Virus record (IMG/VR): IMGVR_UViG_2706794686_000014
Strand: one strand, 5' to 3'
DNA: 7,332 nucleotides
Source: a virus
Taxonomy: Duplodnaviria > Heunggongvirae > Uroviricota > Caudoviricetes
In this document: positions 1 to 6,431 of the stretch, piece after piece
Numbering within the stretch: the first letter of the stretch is position 1
Layout: each line of letters begins with the position of its first letter
Notes under the pieces: generated by a model
Seen by the model: the letters and a program-made list of their open reading frames with translations, nothing else
Told to the model about the DNA's origin: nothing
Databases searched by the model: none
Position numbers and translations under genes: made by a program

Positions 1-824
1 TGTTTGATGACCGTATTTATCAGATGACTAATGGCGTTAAAGCTGCCGACCGTATTATTTACACTGTCATGTTGAATGAACAAAAGTTTTATCACGATAA
101 GGGGCAATATTATACCCCTTCATATGCTCATCTTGGTCAGTATGCTGGAATCACAAGAACATCCGTGATTGCATGTATGAAACAACTTGAGGCACATGGT
201 TTAATCAAGAAAACTAACGTTGCAAGCAATCAGTGTGTTATTAAAGTTTATTCACTTGATGAAGTACCGGAGGTTTTAACAGAGCTTACAGCTAAGGAAG
301 CCAGAAAGGCAAAGCTGGAGTCTAAAGTTACTCAGTCAGTCAAGAAAGATGACCCACTGAGTCAAAATTCTTTACCCACTGAGTCAAAATTTTTTACTCA
401 GTCAGTCAAAATCTTTGACACGTATAATAACAGTAATAACAAGAAAGAACTTATTAATAACAATAAAGAAGATGACTTTGAAGAAGAATATTTTAAGAAG
501 GGAGCTTCGCTCTGTGATTCACATGAATGTGATTCTCTTGGTATTGAAGAGGCTATTANNNNNNNNNNNNNNNNNNNNNNNNNNNNNNNNNNNNNNNNNN
601 NNNNNNNNNNNNNNNNNNNNNNNNNNNNNNNNNNNNNNNNNNNNNNNNNNNNNNNNNNNNNNNNNNNNNNNNNNNNNNNNNNNNNNNNNNNNNNNNNNNN
701 NNNNNNNNNNNNNNNNNNNNNNNNNNNNNNNNNNNNNNNNNNNNNNNNNNNNNNNNNNNNNNNNNNNNNNNNNNNNNNNNNNNNNNNNNNNNNNNNNNNN
801 NNNNNNNNNNNNGAACAAGGTTAG
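1..824 (+). CDS. Replication initiator-like protein (lambda O-type, winged helix-turn-helix N-terminal domain); 5' partial, 3' end uncertain because of N block 559-812
   Basis: The frame is open from the window edge through the first ATG at 24, which has no Shine-Dalgarno, so the true start is probably upstream. The N-terminal region (YTPSYAHLGQYAGITRTSVIACMKQLEAHGLIKK) looks like the HTH DNA-binding domain of phage replication initiators. Iterons and an AT-rich tract lie inside the ORF, as in lambdoid O genes. With the N block taken at face value the frame stops at 822-824. Confidence 0.55.
   Translation, partial: FDDRIYQMTNGVKAADRIIYTVMLNEQKFYHDKGQYYTPSYAHLGQYAGITRTSVIACMKQLEAHGLIKKTNVASNQCVIKVYSLDEVPEVLTELTAKEARKAKLESKVTQSVKKDDPLSQNSLPTESKFFTQSVKIFDTYNNSNNKKELINNNKEDDFEEEYFKKGASLCDSHECDSLGIEEAIXXXXXXXXXXXXXXXXXXXXXXXXXXXXXXXXXXXXXXXXXXXXXXXXXXXXXXXXXXXXXXXXXXXXXXXXXXXXXXXXXXXXXEQG
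328..410. repeat. Iteron-like direct repeats inside the replication gene (candidate origin of replication)
   Basis: TTACTCAGTCAGTCAA occurs perfectly at 328-343 and 394-409. CCCACTGAGTCAAAATT occurs perfectly at 353-369 and 375-391, spaced 22 bp (about two helical turns). All four copies share an AGTCA(A) core. Confidence 0.6.
415..500. other. AT-rich tract next to the iterons (candidate DNA-unwinding element)
   Basis: Strongly A/T-biased stretch (e.g. cgtataataacagtaataacaagaaagaacttattaataacaataaagaag) immediately 3' of the iteron array. The frame-1 ORF the track opens at 415 is most likely an artefact of this tract. Confidence 0.45.
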
Positions 825-948
825 TGACCTCGATGACTTTGATGATAGTGACGATGATTTTACTTTTACACCAAAAAAGAAAACTCACACCGAGCCAAAG
901 AAAGAAAAAGTTAAAGTCAGACGTGTTTATGGTGGAGGAATGTTTTAA
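813..948 (+). CDS. 3' end of a frame-1 ORF of unknown function whose start is hidden in the N block; could instead be the C-terminus of the replication protein if the block length is not exact
   Basis: Open frame leaving the N block and ending at TAA 946-948, encoding an acidic stretch (DLDDFDDSDDDFTF) then a basic tail (PKKKTHTEPKKEKVKVRRV). Its stop overlaps the next start (TAATG). Confidence 0.4.
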
Positions 949-1244
949 TGAAAACTTATAATGGCGAGAGAAAATACCGTGACTATTTACTCAGACGTTA
1001 CAGCATTTCTCGTGAAGGTTACTTGATGAAAGATACTCACGGGGAAGTTTACCGGATTCGACCGAAGAAAGAAGGGAGGGATTATTATTTCGTCGATGAT
1101 GTGACAGATTTAAAGATTGACGCTTTGAAGTTTGCGGTGCTGTATCATTACGATTTATGGGATTCAGTCCACCAGCTACGATTAAAAGACGGTGACCCCG
1201 GTAATCTGAGGGCCACCAATATTATCAAGGGAAAGTGCCGGTAA
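948..1244 (+). CDS. HNH-family endonuclease (phage-associated, 98 aa)
   Basis: ATG 948 overlaps the upstream stop (TAATG) and is preceded by GGAGG at 934-938. The C-terminal HQLRLKDGDPGNLRATNI stretch matches the H...DG(D)...N...N spacing of HNH/HNN nuclease cores. Confidence 0.5.
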   Translation: MKTYNGERKYRDYLLRRYSISREGYLMKDTHGEVYRIRPKKEGRDYYFVDDVTDLKIDALKFAVLYHYDLWDSVHQLRLKDGDPGNLRATNIIKGKCR

Positions 1245-1253
1245 GGCCACCAG

Positions 1254-1430
1254 CTATTTATTTACTGAAATCTCTATCTCAACACGAAGAAGTTTAAGTC
1301 GAATTGTAAGCTTTGTCTTTTTTGTAATGACTCGATTCATAACGCAAAACACCAATAGCACAATAAATACCGCAAAGCCCAACGAGCTAAAACGATGAGA
1401 TTCAATAATTGCTGTGAAAAAATCATGCAT
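1254..1430 (-). CDS. Small single-pass membrane protein (58 aa from the ATG; function unknown, could be a type I toxin-like or superinfection-exclusion peptide)
   Basis: The track calls GTG at 1460, but the in-frame ATG at 1430-1428 has a good SD (AAGGA at 1441-1437, 6-nt spacer). The product MHDFFTAIIESHRFSSLGFAVFIVLLVFCVMNRVITKKTK... has one hydrophobic helix followed by a basic tail. It is the only credible minus-strand gene. Confidence 0.5.
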   Translation of the reverse strand: MHDFFTAIIESHRFSSLGFAVFIVLLVFCVMNRVITKKTKLTIRLKLLRVEIEISVNK

Positions 1431-1480
1431 TAATTTTCCTTTTGTGAAAGGAAACAGCACCTGTATCAGCCCCTACAACC

Positions 1481-1531
1481 ATAGTATCATGTAAATGAGG
1501 TACTGACAATATGTTAAATAGATGTTAAGAT
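1481..1531. promoter_or_regulatory. Candidate back-to-back divergent promoters sharing the -35 region
   Basis: Plus strand: -35 CTGACA 1503-1508, 17-nt spacer, -10 TAAGAT 1526-1531. Minus strand: -35 TTGTCA (complement of 1504-1509), 17-nt spacer, -10 TACTAT (complement of 1481-1486). ATGTTAA is repeated at 1511-1517 and 1522-1528. Confidence 0.35.
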
Positions 1532-1567
1532 TGTAGTATGAGTAAGAGATTTAAGGAGATTTTTACA

Positions 1568-1858
1568 ATGACTCACACAGTTACGCGCCTTTTGCCAGAG
1601 GCATTTGAACGACTGGCAGCAATCAAAGCCAAATATCCCGATATGAAGCACACAGCGCTTGTTGGGGAGATTTTAAAAGAGTCGGTAAACCTTAGCCCTT
1701 TCGATAACGTTAAGGGCGTCGCAGAGGGTTCTAAGGCCATCAGAATCACAACGGGCCAACTGGAACTACTCAAAGCACAGTCCGCAGTAGCAGGTTGCTC
1801 AATGATTCAGGTGTTAAGCGCTAAGGTCCATCAACTGGCGGATAGATTGGAGGTTTAA
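1568..1858 (+). CDS. Small protein with ribbon-helix-helix-like N-terminus (putative DNA-binding regulator or antitoxin-like), 96 aa; alternative start 1538
   Basis: AAGGAG at 1553-1558 sits 9 nt before ATG 1568; the upstream in-frame ATG 1538 has no SD. The N-terminus THTVTRLLPEAFERLAAIKAKY...HTALVGEILKE fits a strand-helix-helix pattern. Its stop overlaps the next start (TAATG at 1856-1860). Confidence 0.6.
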   Translation: MTHTVTRLLPEAFERLAAIKAKYPDMKHTALVGEILKESVNLSPFDNVKGVAEGSKAIRITTGQLELLKAQSAVAGCSMIQVLSAKVHQLADRLEV

Positions 1859-2079
1859 TGTGTTATAGGTTCCAATATTCCACACTTGGCCGCCACCTAA
1901 TCAGACAGAATTTAGCAGATGCTGAATTTGAAGATGTGACCCTCAAAGCAAACAAACGATTAAAACCCTCTCAAATCCACCAGCTTAAACACGAATTAAA
2001 GCCACTGGTAATACTCGACTATAACGACCCTGAACAGCTTGAGCAGGGAATTAAGCTTATTTCTGAATGGGGTGCTTGA
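1858..2079 (+). CDS. Hypothetical protein, 73 aa, translationally coupled
   Basis: ATG 1858 overlaps the upstream stop, with GGAGG at 1849-1853. No recognisable domain. Confidence 0.5.
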   Translation: MCYRFQYSTLGRHLIRQNLADAEFEDVTLKANKRLKPSQIHQLKHELKPLVILDYNDPEQLEQGIKLISEWGA

Positions 2080-2294
2080 TGAAAACTATCACAGTACAAC
2101 TTCAGACTAATAAAGCATTTCGTTATTTTGAAAACTTGCTTGAGTTATACGAAGGATGGGGAAGTATCCACGGCAAAGATGATATCTATCTTCACTTGTC
2201 AGCCCCTAACTATTCTCTGAAGACTCCGGTTAAGCAAAGCTGGTTAAAAGACTACGGTCACCAGATGGGGCTATTAGTCTCAGACTTGAGCTAA
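2067..2294 (+). CDS. Hypothetical protein, 75 aa (71 aa if it starts at ATG 2079, which overlaps the upstream stop as TGATG)
   Basis: Open frame to TAA 2292-2294; third gene of the coupled operon; no recognisable domain. Confidence 0.5.
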   Translation: MGCLMKTITVQLQTNKAFRYFENLLELYEGWGSIHGKDDIYLHLSAPNYSLKTPVKQSWLKDYGHQMGLLVSDLS

Positions 2295-2440
2295 AAACAG
2301 CAAAACATATCTCTCAGGCTTTACCAGACGCACCAGAAACGTTTTTAAGCCCCTAATCAGGGTAACTTAGGGAATCGCCTTAAGTGGTCTAAAAAAGGGG
2401 TTAAAACGTCTTAGAATGCGATACAGGAAGGATTTTAAAA

Positions 2441-2746
2441 ATGAATTACCCAATGCAAATTATGGTTGACCAAGAAACCATGAATTGGTTGATTGACCTG
2501 AACAGGTCGGGCTTTAATATCTATTTCATGCATTGTTTTGAAGCGTCAACGTATATTGACAAGCATATAATCAACGAAATTAAACTTGGTGACTATGTTC
2601 ACAAGCTGGAAGTAACAGACCCATACAATAAGCGCTTTATCATTGAAGAGTGCAATCGACTTGATTTAAGCCCTGAGCAATTATTGAAGCTGAATGTATT
2701 CTTGACCTATCAGAATGAATTAAACCCTTACAGCGAGGTGATGTAA
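2441..2746 (+). CDS. Hypothetical protein, 101 aa
   Basis: Strong SD AGGAAGGA at 2425-2432, 8 nt before ATG 2441. A -10-like TAGAAT lies at 2412-2417. No recognisable domain. Confidence 0.6.
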   Translation: MNYPMQIMVDQETMNWLIDLNRSGFNIYFMHCFEASTYIDKHIINEIKLGDYVHKLEVTDPYNKRFIIEECNRLDLSPEQLLKLNVFLTYQNELNPYSEVM

Positions 2747-2823
2747 TGACACTCGTTATTCTCTGGATGACTTTAGGGTTATTTGTTGGTTGCTGGGTAG
2801 GTAATACGGTAAATAAGAATTGA
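2746..2823 (+). CDS. Candidate 25-aa hydrophobic micro-ORF (MTLVILWMTLGLFVGCWVGNTVNKN), translationally coupled
   Basis: ATG 2746-2748 overlaps the stop of the upstream gene (TAATG), the same coupling used at 948, 1858 and 2079. The product is almost entirely hydrophobic. It is below the ORF-track size cutoff and was found by hand translation. Confidence 0.3.
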   Translation: MTLVILWMTLGLFVGCWVGNTVNKN

Positions 2824-2847
2824 TGTTACCAATCTGTTAAAAAGCTG

Positions 2848-2901
2848 TTGACAAATAACCTTAAGCATGAGATGATGGTAATAGGGAAGAGCAACTCTTC
2901 C
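2848..2901 (+). promoter_or_regulatory. Candidate promoter (perfect -35) followed by a 17-bp palindrome that could be an operator
   Basis: TTGACA at 2848-2853; only weak -10 candidates follow (GATGAT 2871-2876, or TGgTAATAG around 2876-2884). Perfect palindrome GGAAGAG-caa-CTCTTCC at 2885-2901. Confidence 0.3.
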
Positions 2902-2942
2902 TGAATTAAACTATTAATCATTCTACATCAATGATAGTTATT

Positions 2943-2998
2943 CTGAAAGGTGCAATGCTTTTCGCTACATGACCTTTCAGGTTAGTCTGAGAGGTCAT
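2943..2998 (+). other. Two mutually exclusive stem-loops (possible RNA switch or attenuator-like element, or protein-binding palindromes)
   Basis: Stem A pairs CTGAAAGGT 2943-2951 with ACCTTTCAG 2972-2980 (9 bp, 20-nt loop). Stem B pairs ATGACCT 2969-2975 with AGGTCAT 2992-2998 (7 bp, 16-nt loop). They share 2972-2975, so both cannot form at once. Confidence 0.35.
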
Positions 2999-3024
2999 CT
3001 CGAAAAGTACTCTTGTTCATTCGT

Positions 3025-3046
3025 TTGAATCCTTTTTGAATCCTTT
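3025..3046. repeat. Perfect tandem 11-bp direct repeat (TTGAATCCTTT x2)
   Basis: Copies at 3025-3035 and 3036-3046 in non-coding DNA. Checked against a tRNA T-arm and rejected. Confidence 0.5.
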
Positions 3047-3221
3047 AGATGTTTTAATTTCTTCACCTTATGAATGGCCCTTTATAAGAAATTATCTAGG
3101 GCTATTCAGCTTTTAAAAAGCATACTTGGCAAACCGCCTTTTAAGTCTCTTCTAAGTTTAGATAGGCTGTCAGGTGTGCTTTTTAAAAACTGAAACACTT
3201 CCGCTTAGAAGAGGAAAAGCA

Positions 3222-3458
3222 ATGANNNNNNNNNNNNNNNNNNNNNNNNNNNNNNNNNNNNNNNNNNNNNNNNNNNNNNNNNNNNNNNNNNNNNNNNNNN
3301 NNNNNNNNNNNNNNNNNNNNNNNNNNNNNNNNNNNNNNNNNNNNNNNNNNNNNNNNNNNNNNNNNNNNNNNNNNNNNNNNNNNNNNNNNNNNNNNNNNNN
3401 NNNNNNNNNNNNNNNNNNNNNNNNNNNNNNNNNNNNNNNNNNNNNNACAGCGCCTTAG
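3222..3458 (+). CDS. Small protein (about 78 aa) of unknown function; all but the start and last codons are hidden by N block 3226-3446
   Basis: GAGGA at 3211-3215 sits 6 nt before ATG 3222. The same frame emerges from the N block and stops at TAG 3456-3458. The track's GTG 3174 start is less likely. Confidence 0.4.
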   Translation: MXXXXXXXXXXXXXXXXXXXXXXXXXXXXXXXXXXXXXXXXXXXXXXXXXXXXXXXXXXXXXXXXXXXXXXXXXXTAP

Positions 3459-3489
3459 ATTAGATGACGCTTACAGCAAAGTTACCTTG

Positions 3490-3909
3490 ATGCAATCAGC
3501 TATTGAGCCGTCAGAATTTGAGATTCAGGATGAATTGTCACAGAAACCATTTGTCTATTACCAATACGAAGATAATGATGGTTTTGGTACTTTTCAAGAA
3601 AACGTCGCAGCCGTGATTAGTAGTCTTCCTGCTGGACATCGAATTGTGAAGATGGTTAAGGCATCAAGAGGTGCTGGTCAGTTTATTTACATGACTAATA
3701 AGAGCGATGAAGAACTCGCTGAAATTGCTAGACAGAACATCTTGGCATCACGTAACAAGCAACTTGATAATGTTAAGTTGTATCTCTCAAGAGAGCTTCA
3801 GGCTATGAAAGAGCTTGTGAAAGAATATGAAGATGCTAAGAAGATTGCTATGCAGGCTGATATTGAGCAGCTTACGAAGATTTCTAGCAAATATGCAAAG
3901 GCTATTTAA
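3490..3909 (+). CDS. Hypothetical protein, about 139 aa, acidic N-terminal half with a coiled-coil-like C-terminus; possibly a tail-assembly chaperone-like protein given its position
   Basis: Long open frame with codon usage like its neighbours. No SD before ATG 3490 (the track uses TTG 3487), so translation may be coupled to the masked gene. No slippery heptamer or overlapping shifted frame was found that would make a G/GT-type frameshift product. Confidence 0.5.
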   Translation: MQSAIEPSEFEIQDELSQKPFVYYQYEDNDGFGTFQENVAAVISSLPAGHRIVKMVKASRGAGQFIYMTNKSDEELAEIARQNILASRNKQLDNVKLYLSRELQAMKELVKEYEDAKKIAMQADIEQLTKISSKYAKAI

Positions 3910-3933
3910 TTAATAATTAAAAGGTGGTGGTGA

Positions 3934-4140
3934 ATGATTGATTTAACAGAACGCTATGAGCTTATTAAAGCAATTAGTGAACGATTGAAAGAACAACCCA
4001 ACAAACCAAAACGAATCAAATCATTCACCTCCTCTAAGCAAAAGAATAGAATCAGGAAAATAGCTAAGTGGTGTCTTGATAAATTACCAAGTGATTGTCA
4101 GATTGTTGGTGAAGATGGTAATTATTATCTGGTTAGGTAA
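3934..4140 (+). CDS. Hypothetical small basic protein, 68 aa
   Basis: SD AAGGTGG at 3921-3927, 6 nt before ATG 3934. Lysine/arginine-rich centre (KPKRIKSFTSSKQKNRIRKIAKW). Confidence 0.55.
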   Translation: MIDLTERYELIKAISERLKEQPNKPKRIKSFTSSKQKNRIRKIAKWCLDKLPSDCQIVGEDGNYYLVR

Positions 4141-4238
4141 CAAGATTGGTTGGGTGAAAATCTACGGGAGAGATTATCGAGTGATATCGGTAGTCTTTCC
4201 CTTTTTCGTATATGAACACTTAAAGAGGTGAAACATGA

Positions 4239-6419
4239 ATGAGCAAATTCACAGTTGATAGTTTTATCGTTGAACTTAGTTTCAGTGAAAACGTTATTAA
4301 GGGCTTGCAAAGAGTTGAAAAGGCAGCTTTGCAGTCAGCACAAAGAATTGAACGCAATTTGAATAGAGCGTTTAAGGTCGATACCAAGCAACTTGACAGC
4401 AATCTGACAAGTTCTTTAGGGCAGCTTGAAAGGAAGTTTAATAAGACCTTTGACAAGATTGAGCAGAGAGCAAGAAGCACAAAAGCATTTCAGTTTGCCA
4501 CCAGATTTAATGACACTGTTAATCCTCCAAAACAATCAAGGCAACCACGAATTAGCGGAAACAGAGCAATCACAGCAGCGCATAGCGTGAATATGTCTAA
4601 GCTTGGTGATATTAATCCGCTGATGGCTAAAATGTTTAAAGCACAGTATTACAGCTTAAGCGGTAAGGCTGGTAATATTGGAAGTGAAAAGTTTAACGCT
4701 GAACTTGCAAAATTAAATCAATCTCTTCGTGAAACGTTGAATAAACTCAGGTCACAGACAAAGACCGCCAGCATTAACAATACAAGCGACGCATTTAATA
4801 ATCTTGCAAGCAATGCGATTAAATTATCTGGTGCATTTTACTCTGTGATGGGTGCTCTTAACGCTTACAAGGCCATTATGAATGCAGGTCTTAAACGAGA
4901 TTCCGCACAGAGAGCCGCTAAGTTTGTACTTGGTGATAAAGCATCTGAAGCTGAGGTATTTATTCGAAATTTAGCAGACAAGACAGGTCTTAATATCTCT
5001 GAAGGGCTATCAAGCTACGCTAAGTTTGCAGCAGGTGCTCAGGGTTCTATGTCACAGGAACAGACACAGGAGCTATTTGGTAATGCAACGGCTATGAGTC
5101 GCTTAATGGGGCTTTCTAACGATGAGCTAAACGGCATTTTGAGAGCATTTGAGCAGATGGCGAGCAAGGGCAAGATTCAGGCTGAGGAATTACGTGGGCA
5201 GTTAGGTGACCGTATGGCTGGTGCATTTAAGCTATTCGCTGAAGCATTGGGTATGACTGCTACAGAGCTTGATGCAGCCATGAAAAACGGGAAGGTACTT
5301 TCCGCTGATACTCTCCCTAAAGTCGCTAAACAGATGGGCTTGATGATTGATAAAGCGGGTGGCTGGGCTGAAGTCACTAAGAGCACTCAGACAGCTTTAG
5401 GTAAGTTAGCAAACAATTGGGATGATACGATGGTGAAAATCTTCTCAGGTTCACAGGATGAGCTAAACGGCTTCTTATCCAGCCTGAGTAACCTGCTTAG
5501 TGAAATGGGGATGAGTTCTTCTATCGCTGGTGATGCTATCGGTGGACTTATCGACATGCTTAAAGCTGGTGTAGATGATATTCGCGTATTCAATAACACC
5601 ATTGAAGGCTGGATTTTACAGACTAAGAAGTTCTATTACAGCCTTGATGACACTAAACGAAAACTACTTGATGAAGTCGGTGATGGTTTTATCAACTTCG
5701 TCAAAGGTCTTGCTATAGCGTTATCTGCAAAGACGCTATTCAGTGCTACTACAGGGGTTATGAACCTGACAAGAGCAATCACAACGTTAGGTACAAGAGC
5801 TAATCAGGTGGCTGGTCAGGTAGCTACTGGTAAAGGTGGTGGAAAACTGAAAGGTGTAGCTGGTGGTGTAGGTAGTGCTCTTGCAATTGGTTATGCTGAT
5901 GACGGTTATGAAACAGCGTTAGCATTAGCTTCAATGATTCCACAAATCAGAGGCGTCACTCTTGGTTTATATGCATTGAAGAAAGCACTGGATTTTATGA
6001 ATCAGGAAGTAGTCAAAAACGCTAATATGCATCCGTCTGGGGTAGGTGTGGGTAGTGACTTTAATCCCGTGTATTCTGGTGACCCTAATAAACCGAATAT
6101 GATTAACGAAGGATGGAGTAGAATTTTTAGTTCAATGGGTGAATTGTTTAACAATGCCACAATGAATATTGCAAGATTCAATCATCCAGAGTTAAACAAC
6201 ATTAAGCAAGATTCAGCATTAACGAGTGCAGATATTCAGGGTCTGAGGGATGAAATTAGTGCTTTGAGTAAGCGTATTCAGGAGCCAGTGAAAGTTTCAC
6301 TTGGTGGTCAAGTTGTCGTTCGACCAGATGAACCATCTTTCTTTACTTTCAATCAATCAGCTAATGACCAGTTCACGCAGGATATGCTCTTAAGTTCAAG
6401 CTATCCAGAGGAAGAATGA
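4239..6419 (+). CDS. Phage tail tape measure protein (726 aa)
   Basis: SD AAGAGGTG at 4223-4230, 8 nt before ATG 4239. Long helical N-terminal region. The central stretch SRLMGLSNDELNGILRAFEQMASKGKIQAEELRGQLGDRMAGAFKLFAEALGMTATELDAAMKNGKVLSADTLPKVAKQ matches the conserved tape-measure domain. A glycine-rich hydrophobic segment (GKGGGKLKGVAGGVGSALAIGYA) follows, typical of these proteins. Confidence 0.85.
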   Translation: MSKFTVDSFIVELSFSENVIKGLQRVEKAALQSAQRIERNLNRAFKVDTKQLDSNLTSSLGQLERKFNKTFDKIEQRARSTKAFQFATRFNDTVNPPKQSRQPRISGNRAITAAHSVNMSKLGDINPLMAKMFKAQYYSLSGKAGNIGSEKFNAELAKLNQSLRETLNKLRSQTKTASINNTSDAFNNLASNAIKLSGAFYSVMGALNAYKAIMNAGLKRDSAQRAAKFVLGDKASEAEVFIRNLADKTGLNISEGLSSYAKFAAGAQGSMSQEQTQELFGNATAMSRLMGLSNDELNGILRAFEQMASKGKIQAEELRGQLGDRMAGAFKLFAEALGMTATELDAAMKNGKVLSADTLPKVAKQMGLMIDKAGGWAEVTKSTQTALGKLANNWDDTMVKIFSGSQDELNGFLSSLSNLLSEMGMSSSIAGDAIGGLIDMLKAGVDDIRVFNNTIEGWILQTKKFYYSLDDTKRKLLDEVGDGFINFVKGLAIALSAKTLFSATTGVMNLTRAITTLGTRANQVAGQVATGKGGGKLKGVAGGVGSALAIGYADDGYETALALASMIPQIRGVTLGLYALKKALDFMNQEVVKNANMHPSGVGVGSDFNPVYSGDPNKPNMINEGWSRIFSSMGELFNNATMNIARFNHPELNNIKQDSALTSADIQGLRDEISALSKRIQEPVKVSLGGQVVVRPDEPSFFTFNQSANDQFTQDMLLSSSYPEEE

Positions 6420-6431
6420 TTTAACGGTGTT

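Noticed and set aside
519-888. Minus-strand ORFs at 519-818 and 556-888
   Set aside because: They consist almost entirely of masked N positions translated as X, so there is no sequence evidence.
415-948. Frame-1 ORF of 177 aa starting at ATG 415
   Set aside because: Its visible N-terminal part is a translation of the AT-rich origin tract and overlaps the frame-0 replication gene. Only the portion emerging from the N block (813-948) is treated as possibly coding.
1573-1773. Minus-strand 66-aa ORF
   Set aside because: It is fully antisense to the RHH-like gene, which has a strong SD and coupled downstream genes. No SD or promoter supports it.
2295-2400. Rho-independent terminator after the three-gene operon
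   Set aside because: There are short inverted repeats (CCCTAA at 2351-2356 and TTAGGG at 2368-2373) and A/T runs, but no GC-rich hairpin directly followed by a T-tract on either strand.
3024-3046. Possible tRNA T-arm (TTTGAATCC resembles the TTCGAATCC T-loop motif)
   Set aside because: The flanking bases cannot form the 5-bp T-stem, and no acceptor or anticodon arms are nearby. It is better explained as a tandem 11-bp direct repeat.
3490-4140. G/GT-type programmed frameshift pair of tail-assembly chaperones upstream of the tape measure gene
   Set aside because: The 139-aa and 68-aa ORFs are in the same frame separated by two stops. The other two frames close quickly near the end of the first ORF and no slippery heptamer was seen.
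4125-5602. Minus-strand ORFs from the track at 4125-4310, 4220-4480, 5177-5386 and 5387-5602
   Set aside because: They lie antisense within or across the start of the tape measure gene, which has strong family-specific motifs. They have no ribosome-binding sites and are most simply shadow ORFs of the helical, alanine- and leucine-rich gene.
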